Shown here piece after piece: positions 1-9,704 of a stretch of 64,000 nucleotides of DNA. This DNA comes from Verrucomicrobiia bacterium. GTDB lineage: Bacteria; Verrucomicrobiota; Verrucomicrobiia; Limisphaerales; UBA1319. The notes under the pieces were generated by a model. The model did not search any database. It was given only the letters and a program-made list of their open reading frames with translations, and had not been told where the DNA came from. Each line of letters begins with the position of its first letter. The stretch's first letter is position 1. Where the stretch lies: NCBI GenBank assembly GCA_963664225.1, contig OY760937.1:3360001-3424000 (forward strand), read 5' to 3'. A program made the position numbers and the translations under genes.

Positions 1-868
1 GCCGCCGGGCTTCGGAAGCGACATCCGCCAGATAGGCGCGATACTCGCACTGCGGCATCTTCCCCACCAACGCCTCAAACTGATCCAGGTTAATGAAACC
101 CCGGTGGAATGCGGCCTCCTCGGGACAGCCCACCTTGACACCCTGCCGCTTTTCGATGGTTTGCACATAGGCCGAAGCCTCATGCAGGCTTGTGCTGGTG
201 CCCGCATCCAGCCAGGCAAAACCACGGTTGAGCCGGGATACCCGCAGCGCTCCGCGCCGCATGTAGGCCACATTCACATCGGTGATTTCCAGTTCCCCAC
301 GCGCCGAAGGCTTGAGCTCGCGCGTGATTCGCACCACGTCGTTGTCGAAGAGGTAGAGACCGGGCACGGCGTAATTGCTGCGGGGATGCGCCGGTTTTTC
401 CTCAATGGAAATGGCGCGATTTTCCGCGTCGAACTCCACCACCCCGTAACGCTCCGGATCGTTCACATGATAGCCGAAAATGGTCGCGCCGGATTGAAAC
501 TCGGCAAAGGCGCGTTGAAACGTATCGCCCCCGTAAAAAATATTATCCCCCAGGATCAAGGTCACCGGGTCGCTGCCAATGAAGGATTCGGCAATGAGAA
601 ACGCCTGCGCGATCCCGGCCGGATGCGCCTGTTCCCGGTAGTCGAAAGAAAGTCCCCACGCGCTGCCATCCCCGAACAACTGGCGAAATCGGGGCAGATC
701 CTGTGGTGTGGAAATAAGGCAGATTTCACGAATGCCGCCCTCAATGAGCGTGGTCAATGGATAATAGACCATTGGCTTGTCATAGACAGGCTGCAACTGT
801 TTGCTGGCCACTTTGGTCAGCGGATAGAGGCGGGAACCGGCGCCACCCGCTAAAATGATGCCCTTCAT
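1..868 (-). CDS. rfbA: Glucose-1-phosphate thymidylyltransferase (3' end runs off the window)
   Basis: Minus strand from ATG at 868 reads MKGIILAGGAGSRLYPLTKVASKQLQPVYDKPMVYYPL, the RmlA/RfbA N-terminal signature. It is absent from the ORF track, consistent with no stop inside the window. Confidence 0.95.
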   Translation of the reverse strand, partial: MKGIILAGGAGSRLYPLTKVASKQLQPVYDKPMVYYPLTTLIEGGIREICLISTPQDLPRFRQLFGDGSAWGLSFDYREQAHPAGIAQAFLIAESFIGSDPVTLILGDNIFYGGDTFQRAFAEFQSGATIFGYHVNDPERYGVVEFDAENRAISIEEKPAHPRSNYAVPGLYLFDNDVVRITRELKPSARGELEITDVNVAYMRRGALRVSRLNRGFAWLDAGTSTSLHEASAYVQTIEKRQGVKVGCPEEAAFHRGFINLDQFEALVGKMPQCEYRAYLADVASEARR

Positions 869-924
869 GAGGCTCTAGTATAACCAGCACGCCCCAATAT
901 GCAAAGAATTGTTCGGTGGCGTTC

Positions 925-2736
925 CTAACCGTGAATGACCAACTGGATGGTGTCCGGCAGGTTGCGGGCGACCTGACTGACGACATTGCCCTTCAAAATT
1001 GTGGCGAGCGTGTGTCGGTGGGCCGCGCCCAGAATGAGCATGTCCACGCCCAGCGTGGCGGAAAGATCGAGAATGGTGGCGGCGGGATCCTCACTCAGCA
1101 TGTAGAGCGGCACCACAGGCACCTCGTATTGCCGTCCCAATTCCAGCATGCCATACATGATTTGAGAGGCTTGCGGGTTGTTTTGCCACTTGGGAGCTTC
1201 CGCCATTTCGATCGGGGCAGGCAGGGCTACGGCTAATTCGCGAACATACAGCACGTAAAGTGTGGCCTGGCGCAGCTTGGCTTCCTCGAGCGCAAATTTT
1301 AATACCGGCGTGATGCCGCGCGCCGCGACCAGAATCGTCGCGTTCTGGTCGAGATTGATTTTTATATTGGTGAAGGCCTCGGCCGAAACCGCCGCTGCCA
1401 TCTCTTTGGTGACGGTGAGGGTTTGCAGACCCGCCCGGTTTTGCGCGTAGGCGCGCAATGCCAAACCCGTCCCCAAAATGCAGATGGCAAAAAACAGGGC
1501 GTCGGGCTTGGTCTTGGCGATTGTTAATTCCACGGTGAACAGCACGATGAACGTGGCGGTCATGACCACACGTTCCCAGAGAGCCAGCGGCAGTTTCTTA
1601 TTAAAACTGCAACTGCCCAGGTTGACCGTGATCGCGCCAACCACGCCGATGGCGTAGAGGTTGGCCAGGGACTGCATGTTGTTTGAGAAGAAGACCACGA
1701 TTACCGGCAGCGAGGTGGCGATGATCATGGGCCAGCGCGGAACGCCGTGGCGATTGAGTTTCGTGAAGACCTTGGGCATTTCACCGTCCCGCGCCATGAT
1801 GTAGATCAAACCAATCAGAGCCACACCGGCGGTGTTCACCGCCCCCATCAGGAGCATGCCTACGACCAGGCCCACCACTATTCCGAAAACATGACTGAAG
1901 TGGACGCCAAAGGCCAGGTTTCCATATTGTTCGGCCAGGTAGCGCAGCATGTCTTCGCACCGGTCCTTGGGAATGTCCGGAGCGCCCGGCAAGGAAAGCA
2001 TGGCCCAGCCCAGCAGCGCCGTGCCCAGCACGACTTCGATGCCCACCGGCAGAATGGATTTGGTCGCCTCGCGCACCACCTGGGGTTTGTCGTTGGAGCT
2101 GCCTGGATCCAGCTTGAGCACGCCGGTCAAGTTGGCAATGGTTTCCACGCCGCTGAGCGCCAGGATCACGCCCACAAAGGAAACCCATGTCTTGCCAAAC
2201 CCCGCGTGAGACGTCTGCAAATTGGTCAGGGACAAATGCGGGATGCTTAACGCAATGATCGCCATCACCACCAACACCATGGGGAACGCAAGAGTGACCG
2301 CCAGAGTCCCGCTATGTTTGGGACCGAAGGCATTCAGGAACCCGAAAACCATGATCAGGCCGATCGCTCCCCAACCCACATACGCCTGGGGAACGCCAAA
2401 GTAACTCATGGCCGACCAGGCGCTTATGGCGGACGTCACTGTCAGGTCCGCCACCAGCAGCAATGCGCCTGTGACCGCCAACAACCGGCTCTGGGTGCGC
2501 GCCGCCGAGTAAACGCCACCACCTTCCGGGAAGTGTTTGCACACTATGACATAGTTCCAGCAAACCAGGGCGGTCAGCAGGCAGACGGCAAGGATTATTG
2601 GAAAAGACGCATAACCAGCCGCAAGGAATGCCAGGCCGATGACATAGGCCTTGCTCGTTCCCAAATCCCCGTAGATTAAGGCCGCCGCCCTCTTCCAATC
2701 CACATTACGCGGCCGGTGCAGGGTTATGCTGTCCAT
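925..2736 (-). CDS. APC-family permease with C-terminal universal stress protein (USP)-like domain
   Basis: 603 aa, about 12 hydrophobic segments, an APC-type FPEGGGVYS motif, and a C-terminal USP-like domain (ILVAARG...DMLILGA...LKGNVVSQVARNLP). Confidence 0.85.
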   Translation of the reverse strand: MDSITLHRPRNVDWKRAAALIYGDLGTSKAYVIGLAFLAAGYASFPIILAVCLLTALVCWNYVIVCKHFPEGGGVYSAARTQSRLLAVTGALLLVADLTVTSAISAWSAMSYFGVPQAYVGWGAIGLIMVFGFLNAFGPKHSGTLAVTLAFPMVLVVMAIIALSIPHLSLTNLQTSHAGFGKTWVSFVGVILALSGVETIANLTGVLKLDPGSSNDKPQVVREATKSILPVGIEVVLGTALLGWAMLSLPGAPDIPKDRCEDMLRYLAEQYGNLAFGVHFSHVFGIVVGLVVGMLLMGAVNTAGVALIGLIYIMARDGEMPKVFTKLNRHGVPRWPMIIATSLPVIVVFFSNNMQSLANLYAIGVVGAITVNLGSCSFNKKLPLALWERVVMTATFIVLFTVELTIAKTKPDALFFAICILGTGLALRAYAQNRAGLQTLTVTKEMAAAVSAEAFTNIKINLDQNATILVAARGITPVLKFALEEAKLRQATLYVLYVRELAVALPAPIEMAEAPKWQNNPQASQIMYGMLELGRQYEVPVVPLYMLSEDPAATILDLSATLGVDMLILGAAHRHTLATILKGNVVSQVARNLPDTIQLVIHG

Positions 2737-2744
2737 TATATGTT

Positions 2745-2770
2745 AAAAAAAAACACCGGCTCAGCCGGTG
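2745..2770 (-). terminator. Intrinsic terminator-like hairpin in the 5' leader of the APC-USP gene
   Basis: Minus strand CACCGGC-TGA-GCCGGTG followed by T9, ending 8 nt before the ATG at 2736. Confidence 0.65.
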
Positions 2771-2822
2771 GAAATCCAAAAATTGCTCAAGCCTGTAGGC
2801 AAGCTCTGCAATATAAATTCGG

Positions 2823-2851
2823 AATATGCCCGAAAACCTGCCTTCGGTCAA
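2823..2851 (-). promoter_or_regulatory. Candidate sigma70 promoter for the APC-USP leader
   Basis: Minus strand TTGACC-N17-CATATT. Confidence 0.5.
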
Positions 2852-3136
2852 TTCCATTCCAAAAGCCCGGATTGGCGAATGGACAACCCATTGCGCCATA
2901 ATGGCGCACATCCCTACAAACAAGAACCTGTCAGCGTTGGACATTTGCCGGGCTCACATTCACATGTTGCCAACGTGGCATTTGCGGAGCAGCATGGTTT
3001 CGTCGTTAAAATTGTTGCTGTCATGGCCCAGTCAAGCCATGCAACAAGTCAAGCCCATGTTATCAATCTGTGAAGTGCTTTGGACGGAGTTGGTGAGGAC
3101 TTCTTCAATGAAGTCGATGATTAACCCATAACAAAC

Positions 3137-3724
3137 ATGAAAGACAAACAGTTTGCATTCATGCAGCGGATTTCCATTGCGAGTTGTTTGTTTGTACTGG
3201 TGTCTGCCCTGGTTAGTTTTTCGGTGCACAAATTCAACTTGTTCACGGCCGGAATTGTTGAGTTTGGCCTGCTATGTTCGGTTTTTGTTTTTATTGCCAG
3301 CGTGTTATTCATTTTTACCTGCCGAATGCATCGAACGATATATTGTGCGTTGGCTGCTGGATTTGGGATTCTCCTTTGCCTGTTGCTGTTTGGATTCAAT
3401 GGACGGAGCGTGTTGTTGGAATTACATCAGTATCGAAGAGATAGATGGTTCCTGGAGTTCGGGAAACCAATTTTCGAGAAATACGTATCACAAAACATAA
3501 AATCCCTTGGACAAACGTATGAAGAACTCCAGTCGGATATTTCTGACGTTAGAATCATGGGGAAAAGAAATGAAGATGGCTCGGTGGATTTGGAATTTGT
3601 TTTGGTGGGAGGAGTCCCGCGCCAAGCCTACTTATACCACACCGGAGATCCATCTGGAAAGTTCTCAAGACAGTATAAAACAGCAAAAATGGTCACCAAT
3701 GATTGGTATGATGTATCGTTTTAA
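3137..3724 (+). CDS. Hypothetical membrane protein (AT-rich insert)
   Basis: 195-aa ORF with three N-terminal hydrophobic helices and a soluble C-terminus. It is visibly more AT-rich than the flanks and lies on the opposite strand to its neighbours. Confidence 0.7.
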   Translation: MKDKQFAFMQRISIASCLFVLVSALVSFSVHKFNLFTAGIVEFGLLCSVFVFIASVLFIFTCRMHRTIYCALAAGFGILLCLLLFGFNGRSVLLELHQYRRDRWFLEFGKPIFEKYVSQNIKSLGQTYEELQSDISDVRIMGKRNEDGSVDLEFVLVGGVPRQAYLYHTGDPSGKFSRQYKTAKMVTNDWYDVSF

Positions 3725-3852
3725 GAGGTGAAAATTAAGAGGCAATAGAAAACCCTAACCTGACTTTGGGCGACACCGCAGGATCACAAACGAAAAACAT
3801 TCACATTCTGGAGGACCGCCAGCGCCAGCGTTTCAATTACGGGGGACCAAGA

Positions 3853-5733
3853 TCAAATCAAACCCCGCTTTTTCAGCAGCGCTTCCATCGCCTTGTCCAT
3901 CATCAGATCGGCCAGGCGTTTGGTGACTTCGTCCAGCGCGGCGCTGGCGGCCTTGAGACGTGGAATGTCGCCGATCTTCGTCATTGAATTCTCCGTGGCC
4001 AGGGCGTATTCGAGAATCTGCATGGCCGTTTCGACCTGTTGACGATATGTGGCGTCGAGTTCGGCGGAGCATTCGGCCAGTCCTTTGCGGGTGGCCACGA
4101 GCACTTCTCCGGCGCGCACTTTGGTCTCGATCCACTGGCGCGCCTTCAGATCGTCAAAGGCGTTTTCCAGCGATTCCTCGACCATCTTCTGCACGTCCGC
4201 GTCATTGACATCGACGGCCGATTTCATGGTCACCACCATCTGGTGGCCGGTTTTGATGTCCCGTGCCAACACATGCAGAATGCCGTCGGCGTCGATCTCA
4301 AACTGCACGCCCACCCGCGGCACGCCTTTGGGCGCGCGTTCGAAATCCAGCGTGAATCGTCCGAGGCTCCAGTTATCCGCCGCCCGTTCGCGTTCCCCCT
4401 GCAGCACATGAACCAGAACGTTGGGCTGGTTGTCGATTGCCGTGGTGAACACCTCACCCGCCTTGGTGGGAATGGTGCTGTTGCGCGGAATGATGACATT
4501 CATCAGGCCGCCAAAAACTTCGATGCCCAGCGACAGCGGCGTGACATCGAGCAACAGCACATTCTTGAAACCGCCTGACAAAATCTCCGCCTGTATCGCC
4601 GCCCCTAACGCCACCGCTTCATCCGGATTTTGCGAGGTGTTGAGCACTGGACCTTTTTTGCTGCCAGTTGCATCATCGCTGGCGCAACTAAAAATCTCGG
4701 CCACCATCCGGCGCACCAGCGGCATGCGCGTCTGGCCTCCAACCAAAATGACCTGACCCAGATCCGAGGATTCCACATGCGCATCGGCCATCGACCGCAG
4801 GCAATGTGCCCGGGTGCACGCCACGATGTCCCGGGTGATTTCTTCCAATGTGGCGCGTGTCAGCGGAACGCTGAAGCTGAAATCAGGCGTCAGGAAGGGC
4901 ATGGCCACATCGACGGTTTCGACCGTGGACAGCATGATTTTGGACTGCTCAGCCACTTCGCGAACCCGTGCCAGCAATGGCGGCGCGATTGTGGGATCAG
5001 GTCCTCCGGCGGCCTTGATTTTCTCGACGATCCACGCCACCAGGCGACGGTCCAGATCGTCTCCGCCCAACTGGGTGTCCCCGTGCGTGGAGAGAACTTG
5101 GAACACGCCCTCGCGCAATTCGAGTATGGAGAGATCGAACGTGCCGCCGCCCAGGTCATAGACCGCGACCTTTGTGCTTTCCTTGAGCCGTTCCAAACCG
5201 TAAGCCAGCGCGGCCGCGGTGGGCTCGTTCAGAATGCGTTCCACGGTGAACCCGGCCAGTTCACCGGCCTTCTTGGTGGCGTTGCGCTGGGCATCGTTGA
5301 AATACGCGGGAACGGTGATGACCGCGCGGGTCACCGGTTCGCCGAAATGCGCCTCAGCAGTAAGCTTGAGTTCCTTGAGAATTTCCGCGGAAACATCTTC
5401 CGGCGTCAGCGTGCGTCCCGGGATATTCACCGTGACCGGTCCGCCGCCATTGCCCTGCACCGGGTAGGACACCTGCATTTCCTCCCGGGACACTTCCGCG
5501 CCGCGACGGCCCATGAACCGTTTGATCGAATAAGCCGTGCGTTCCGGTTCGAGCACGCGCAGTCGCGTGGCTTTTTTACCGGTGATCGTTGGAGCGTCAC
5601 CGTTGGGATAATGCACCACAGAAGGCGTGAGCCGCACTCCGTCGGTGTCCGCTATGACAAACGGAATCCCCGAATCCACAGTGGCCACCAGCGAATTGGT
5701 GGTGCCCAAATCGATGCCAACGATCCGGCTCAT
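3853..5733 (-). CDS. Hsp70-family chaperone (HscA/DnaK-like paralog)
   Basis: [42 protein letters not shown] and [11 protein letters not shown] motifs. The short C-terminus is HscA-like. The start at 5733 overlaps the argS stop (TAATG). Confidence 0.92.
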   Translation of the reverse strand: MSRIVGIDLGTTNSLVATVDSGIPFVIADTDGVRLTPSVVHYPNGDAPTITGKKATRLRVLEPERTAYSIKRFMGRRGAEVSREEMQVSYPVQGNGGGPVTVNIPGRTLTPEDVSAEILKELKLTAEAHFGEPVTRAVITVPAYFNDAQRNATKKAGELAGFTVERILNEPTAAALAYGLERLKESTKVAVYDLGGGTFDLSILELREGVFQVLSTHGDTQLGGDDLDRRLVAWIVEKIKAAGGPDPTIAPPLLARVREVAEQSKIMLSTVETVDVAMPFLTPDFSFSVPLTRATLEEITRDIVACTRAHCLRSMADAHVESSDLGQVILVGGQTRMPLVRRMVAEIFSCASDDATGSKKGPVLNTSQNPDEAVALGAAIQAEILSGGFKNVLLLDVTPLSLGIEVFGGLMNVIIPRNSTIPTKAGEVFTTAIDNQPNVLVHVLQGERERAADNWSLGRFTLDFERAPKGVPRVGVQFEIDADGILHVLARDIKTGHQMVVTMKSAVDVNDADVQKMVEESLENAFDDLKARQWIETKVRAGEVLVATRKGLAECSAELDATYRQQVETAMQILEYALATENSMTKIGDIPRLKAASAALDEVTKRLADLMMDKAMEALLKKRGLI

Positions 5734-7457
5734 TACATTTTCTCGGTGGTTTCGATGCCCAGGACCTCCAGCCCTTGCCGGAGCACCTGCGCCGTCAGCA
5801 TGCACAACGCCAGCCGGGTTTCGCGCTCCACCCCTTCAGCAGCCTTGAGCACCGGGCAGTTTTCATAGAACCCGGTGAAATATCCCGCCAGTTCATACAG
5901 ATAATTGCACAGGTAGTTCGGACGGCAATCGTCCACCACCGCCTGGAGCACCAGTCCGAAATTGAGCATGTGCCGCGCGAGCGCGATCTCTTGCGGGGCC
6001 ACCAGCGCGAGCTTGCCGCCGGACGGAGTCTGGCCTGCTTCCTGGGCCTTGCGGAAAATTCCCCGGATGCGCGTATAGGCGTAGAGCAGGTAAGGGGCGG
6101 TGTTTCCGTTGAACGCCAGCATTTTGTCCCAGCTAAAAACGTAATCGCTCTGCCGGTTGGGCAGCATGTCCGCGTATTTCACCGCGCCCAGTCCCACGAT
6201 CCGTGCGATTTCTTTGCGCTCCTCCTCGCTGGCTGTGGGATTCTTTTCCGACACCACGCGGAACGCCCGTTCTTCGGCCTCATCGAGCAGTTCGGCCAGT
6301 TTGACCGTCTCCCCGGAGCGCGTTTTGAACGGCTTGCCATCCTCGCCCAGGATCGATCCGAACCACACATGGGTCAGTTTGACCTTCGCGTCGGGCATCC
6401 AGCGCCGGAACGTGGTGAAGATCTCCTTGAAATGTTGCTGCTGACGGCCGTCGGTCACATAGACGATTTCATCCGGCGACCAGGTGGCCATGCGGTATTC
6501 GAGTGTGGCCAGGTCGGTCGTGGTGTAGGTGGCCGCGCCGTCACTCTTTTGGATCACCGCCGGGTGTTCCTTGAGTTCCGGAACATCGTCGAAGAAAACC
6601 TTGATCGCCCCGTCGCTCTCCTTCGCCAAACCGGCCGCAACAAGCTTTTGAACCACTTCGGGGAGTCGCGGATTGTAGAAGCTCTCGCCCAGCGTGTGGT
6701 CGAATTTGACGCCCAGCCGTTTGTAAATCGTGTCGAATTGAACCTCGGAGAGTGCGATCATTTCACGCCAGATCGCCAGGTTCTCCGCGTCTCCGGCCTG
6801 GAGTTTCGCCAGTTCCAGCCGCGCCTGTTCGTAGAGCGCCTCATCCGCATCACAGGCCGCGTTGATGCTTTTATAGATCCGCTCCATCTCGCTGATCGGA
6901 TCCCGCTGCAGCGCCTCGCGATTCACCTCACGCTTCCATCCCAGCAACAGTTTTCCAAAGGCTGTGCCCCAATCTCCAATATGGTTGTCCGTGATCGCGT
7001 GGTGGCCGAGCAACCGTTGGGCTCGCGCCAGGCATTCGCCCAGAATGGTTGAGCGGATATGTCCCACGTGCATCGGCTTGGCCACATTGGGGGAGCTGAA
7101 ATCCAGCACGACCGTGCGCGGCGACACCGCTTTCATCAGGAACAGCGGACCGCCCGCCATCGCCTCCTGCAACTCGGCGGCCATGGCAGCGCTTTTCACG
7201 CGAAAATTCAGAAATCCCGGTCCGGCCACATCCACCTTGTCGCACAAATCCGTGACATCGAGTTTTTCGAGCACGCTTGTGGCCAATTGGCGGGGGTTCA
7301 TCTTGCGCTCTTTGGCCAGGCCCATCAGGGCGTTGGCCTGGTAATCGCCAAACTTGGCCTCGGGGCAGGGGCGGACCAGCACACTGTCCACGGACGCATC
7401 GGGCAGAACGGCTGTGACGGCCACCCTTAAACGTTGTTCAATAGTGTTGTAGATCAC
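5733..7457 (-). CDS. argS: Arginine--tRNA ligase
   Basis: [22 protein letters not shown] (HIGH motif), [24 protein letters not shown]. Confidence 0.97.
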   Translation of the reverse strand: MIYNTIEQRLRVAVTAVLPDASVDSVLVRPCPEAKFGDYQANALMGLAKERKMNPRQLATSVLEKLDVTDLCDKVDVAGPGFLNFRVKSAAMAAELQEAMAGGPLFLMKAVSPRTVVLDFSSPNVAKPMHVGHIRSTILGECLARAQRLLGHHAITDNHIGDWGTAFGKLLLGWKREVNREALQRDPISEMERIYKSINAACDADEALYEQARLELAKLQAGDAENLAIWREMIALSEVQFDTIYKRLGVKFDHTLGESFYNPRLPEVVQKLVAAGLAKESDGAIKVFFDDVPELKEHPAVIQKSDGAATYTTTDLATLEYRMATWSPDEIVYVTDGRQQQHFKEIFTTFRRWMPDAKVKLTHVWFGSILGEDGKPFKTRSGETVKLAELLDEAEERAFRVVSEKNPTASEEERKEIARIVGLGAVKYADMLPNRQSDYVFSWDKMLAFNGNTAPYLLYAYTRIRGIFRKAQEAGQTPSGGKLALVAPQEIALARHMLNFGLVLQAVVDDCRPNYLCNYLYELAGYFTGFYENCPVLKAAEGVERETRLALCMLTAQVLRQGLEVLGIETTEKM

Positions 7458-7551
7458 AGAATTGTATGAAATTTAGTAGCAGAAGAATTAATTACACCAA
7501 CGTGAACTCTTTGCGGGGCTCGTAATCCGCGTGCCTCCGGAAACACCGCCT

Positions 7552-8019
7552 TCATTTCTTCGCGGAATGCGACTGGATGGCACCAAACATCGTCGCCGCA
7601 TCCGGTCCGTTCTCGAGGATTTGTCGGAAATCTTTATTATGCAGAAGTTTGGCGATATTGGCCAGGGTGTGAAGATGCTTCTGAAACTGACCTTGAGGAA
7701 CCAGAAAAAGCATGACCAGGTTGACGGGTTGGTTGTCCAGCGCGTCGAAATTCACCCCTTTGGTCGAGCGGCCCAGGGATCCGACGACGTCCCCGATCAA
7801 ATCCGTGGAGGCATGCGGAATGCCGATCCCAAAACCGATGCCGGTGCTCATCGACTGTTCCCGTTTTTTGACCACAGTGGCAATGGCCTCCCGATTCTCG
7901 GGCTTGATCTTTCCGCACGCCACGAGATTGTTCACCAGTTCATCAATGGCTTCCCACCGGTTGTTGGCCTGCAGGTCCGTAATGATCTGTTCTTTACTGA
8001 GAATGTCCGCGAGCGTCAT
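7552..8019 (-). CDS. PTS system IIA component (Fru/Mtl/Ntr family)
   Basis: REQSMSTGIGFGIGIPHA phospho-His motif, FDALDNQPV, HLHTLANIAKLL. Confidence 0.92.
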   Translation of the reverse strand: MTLADILSKEQIITDLQANNRWEAIDELVNNLVACGKIKPENREAIATVVKKREQSMSTGIGFGIGIPHASTDLIGDVVGSLGRSTKGVNFDALDNQPVNLVMLFLVPQGQFQKHLHTLANIAKLLHNKDFRQILENGPDAATMFGAIQSHSAKK

Positions 8020-8076
8020 ACCAGATACCGAATTTAAACATATCGCCTGAAAGCAAAAAGGTTTTCAAGCGCGAAT

Positions 8077-8745
8077 TCATTTTATCGACAAAATATGGCG
8101 CCAGACTCCCCATGTCGTGCTCCAAACCCAGCCCAAGGCCACAGTCACTGGCACCCTCTCCGTCAACCAGGCCAGTCCCAGTATTCCTATCGACACATTT
8201 CCCAAATAGATAATGACCGCTGAGAAAAAATATCCGTGCTCGGCCAGATCGGACTGCGGTCCACACAATATGGAGAAAGTCAACGTGACATGAAACGCAA
8301 AGGTCGCCCCCAAAAGCAGGTGCAAGCCCACCTGATACGGATGCAAATTCCACCCCAGCGAGGCCAGTTCCCAGCCTGCCGCTGCCATCATGGTGTAAAA
8401 CGGAAAAAAATAGGGGGCCAGTGCGATCAGGAAATTCGTCTTTGTGATGACCACCTGTCCTCCTTTGGAGGTCGCCTTGAATCGCTTGACCCTTCCTCCA
8501 AACAACCAGGTCCACAGGACATGCGTTAATTCATGACCCATCACGTAAATCCACATTGGCCGCGGCAACATGAGAAATACCACCAGCCAGCAGGCCGCGC
8601 CGGATAAGAATCCAACCCAGAACAAATCGTTATCCACGCCCGCGCTCACGACCCTGGCCAGCGCGATGGAAATTCCCCAGCACAACGGGAGCAACGCCAG
8701 GGCGATTCCCATTTTAACGCCCTTGAGCAACCAGCCTTTGGGCAT
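8077..8745 (-). CDS. Membrane zinc metallopeptidase-like protein (M50-like)
   Basis: Multiple TM segments, an HELTH (HExxH) motif and IALAPYFFP. The start is uncertain (8745, 8781 or 8805). Confidence 0.7.
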   Translation of the reverse strand: MPKGWLLKGVKMGIALALLPLCWGISIALARVVSAGVDNDLFWVGFLSGAACWLVVFLMLPRPMWIYVMGHELTHVLWTWLFGGRVKRFKATSKGGQVVITKTNFLIALAPYFFPFYTMMAAAGWELASLGWNLHPYQVGLHLLLGATFAFHVTLTFSILCGPQSDLAEHGYFFSAVIIYLGNVSIGILGLAWLTERVPVTVALGWVWSTTWGVWRHILSIK

Positions 8746-8818
8746 CAGGCCAACACCTTTCTTGATCCCGAGCGGGTGCATTCGCTCAAGTGCCGCGCTG
8801 GACAATTAAATAAAACCA

Positions 8819-8855
8819 TAAAAAAACCTGTCTCCCTTTGCGGGGAAACAGGTTT
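8819..8855 (-). terminator. Intrinsic terminator downstream of the Ala-rich secreted protein
   Basis: Minus strand AAACCTGTTTCCC-CGCAAA-GGGAGACAGGTTTTTTT. Confidence 0.75.
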
Positions 8856-8878
8856 GCAAAATAAAACGGCAGTCTGAA

Positions 8879-9502
8879 TTAGTGACCGCTCGGGGAAGAA
8901 TACCGCGCCGGGTCATAACCAGGCTGAACCAAAGAGGACGGCGTGGAGGCCGGAGGAATCACCGGGGTGTATTGGATGCCGCGGATCGGGCCGGGCTTGA
9001 TGGTCACCGTGCCGCCTGTGCTGACTGCACCGCTATTTCCGCTGGAGCGGGTGCGGGGAGCCGAGGCGATCTGCGTTGCCGCGCTGGGAACAGCCGTGCT
9101 CACAGATTGCGTGATCTTCTCGCTGTATTCGGGAGCGGCGGCGGAGGCGGCCGTGGCGATCGAGCTGGCGCGACCATTGAGCATCGCAGCCGCAGCGGCG
9201 GAAACAGCCGGAGAGGTCTCAGGAGCCGCAGCGCTGATCGCGGAAACCACTGAGGAAGCCACATTGGCATTCTTTGCAATTGCGGCGCGGGTTAACGCGA
9301 CGGCCATCGCTTCGCGATCTGCGGTGGGGGTTTGTTTCACCAATTTTGCAGCCTTGGCTGCCATTTCTGTGGCCGGAACCTTGCTATAGGCCTTTTTCAC
9401 CGATGCCAACTGGACATCGCTGAGGGCGTAAGCGGAACTGGCGGCAACCGTTAACAACGCGGCGAAAACAACCGTGGCTTTGATCATAGTTTTCATTTTC
9501 AT
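8879..9502 (-). CDS. Secreted Ala-rich hypothetical protein
   Basis: Sec signal peptide (MKMKTMIKATVVFAALLTVAASSAYA), Ala-rich helical repeats (AAAPE) and a Pro/Ser-rich tail. Confidence 0.8.
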   Translation of the reverse strand: MKMKTMIKATVVFAALLTVAASSAYALSDVQLASVKKAYSKVPATEMAAKAAKLVKQTPTADREAMAVALTRAAIAKNANVASSVVSAISAAAPETSPAVSAAAAAMLNGRASSIATAASAAAPEYSEKITQSVSTAVPSAATQIASAPRTRSSGNSGAVSTGGTVTIKPGPIRGIQYTPVIPPASTPSSLVQPGYDPARYSSPSGH

Positions 9503-9620
9503 AAAGAACTCTCTTATCCAATAGAACCCGTTTATATATTCTGATGTGTAATCTACCTTGATTCAATACTTCGAGTCAAACCCAAAATTAAACTTTGTGC
9601 AAATTTAATAAATTCATTGC

Positions 9621-9636
9621 AGCAATATCCATGCCG
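9621..9636 (-). promoter_or_regulatory. Candidate sigma54 (-24/-12) promoter
   Basis: Minus strand CGGCATG-GATA-TTGCT, with exact GG-N10-GC spacing, about 120 nt upstream of the ATG at 9502. Confidence 0.55.
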
Positions 9637-9704
9637 CATCTTCCCTGATTCAACGTTTTCCATGGCAACCATTTGAGCTGCCCTGCTCTGCACCACCTGT
9701 CGGA

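Noticed and set aside
104..853. 249-aa plus-strand ORF, and other long antisense ORFs (e.g. 4630-5868, 5775-7052, 15851-17251, 24021-25724, 43274-44890, 51491-52807)
   Set aside because: They lie antisense to well-supported genes and have no recognisable motifs. This is the expected shadow-ORF effect of high-GC codon usage.
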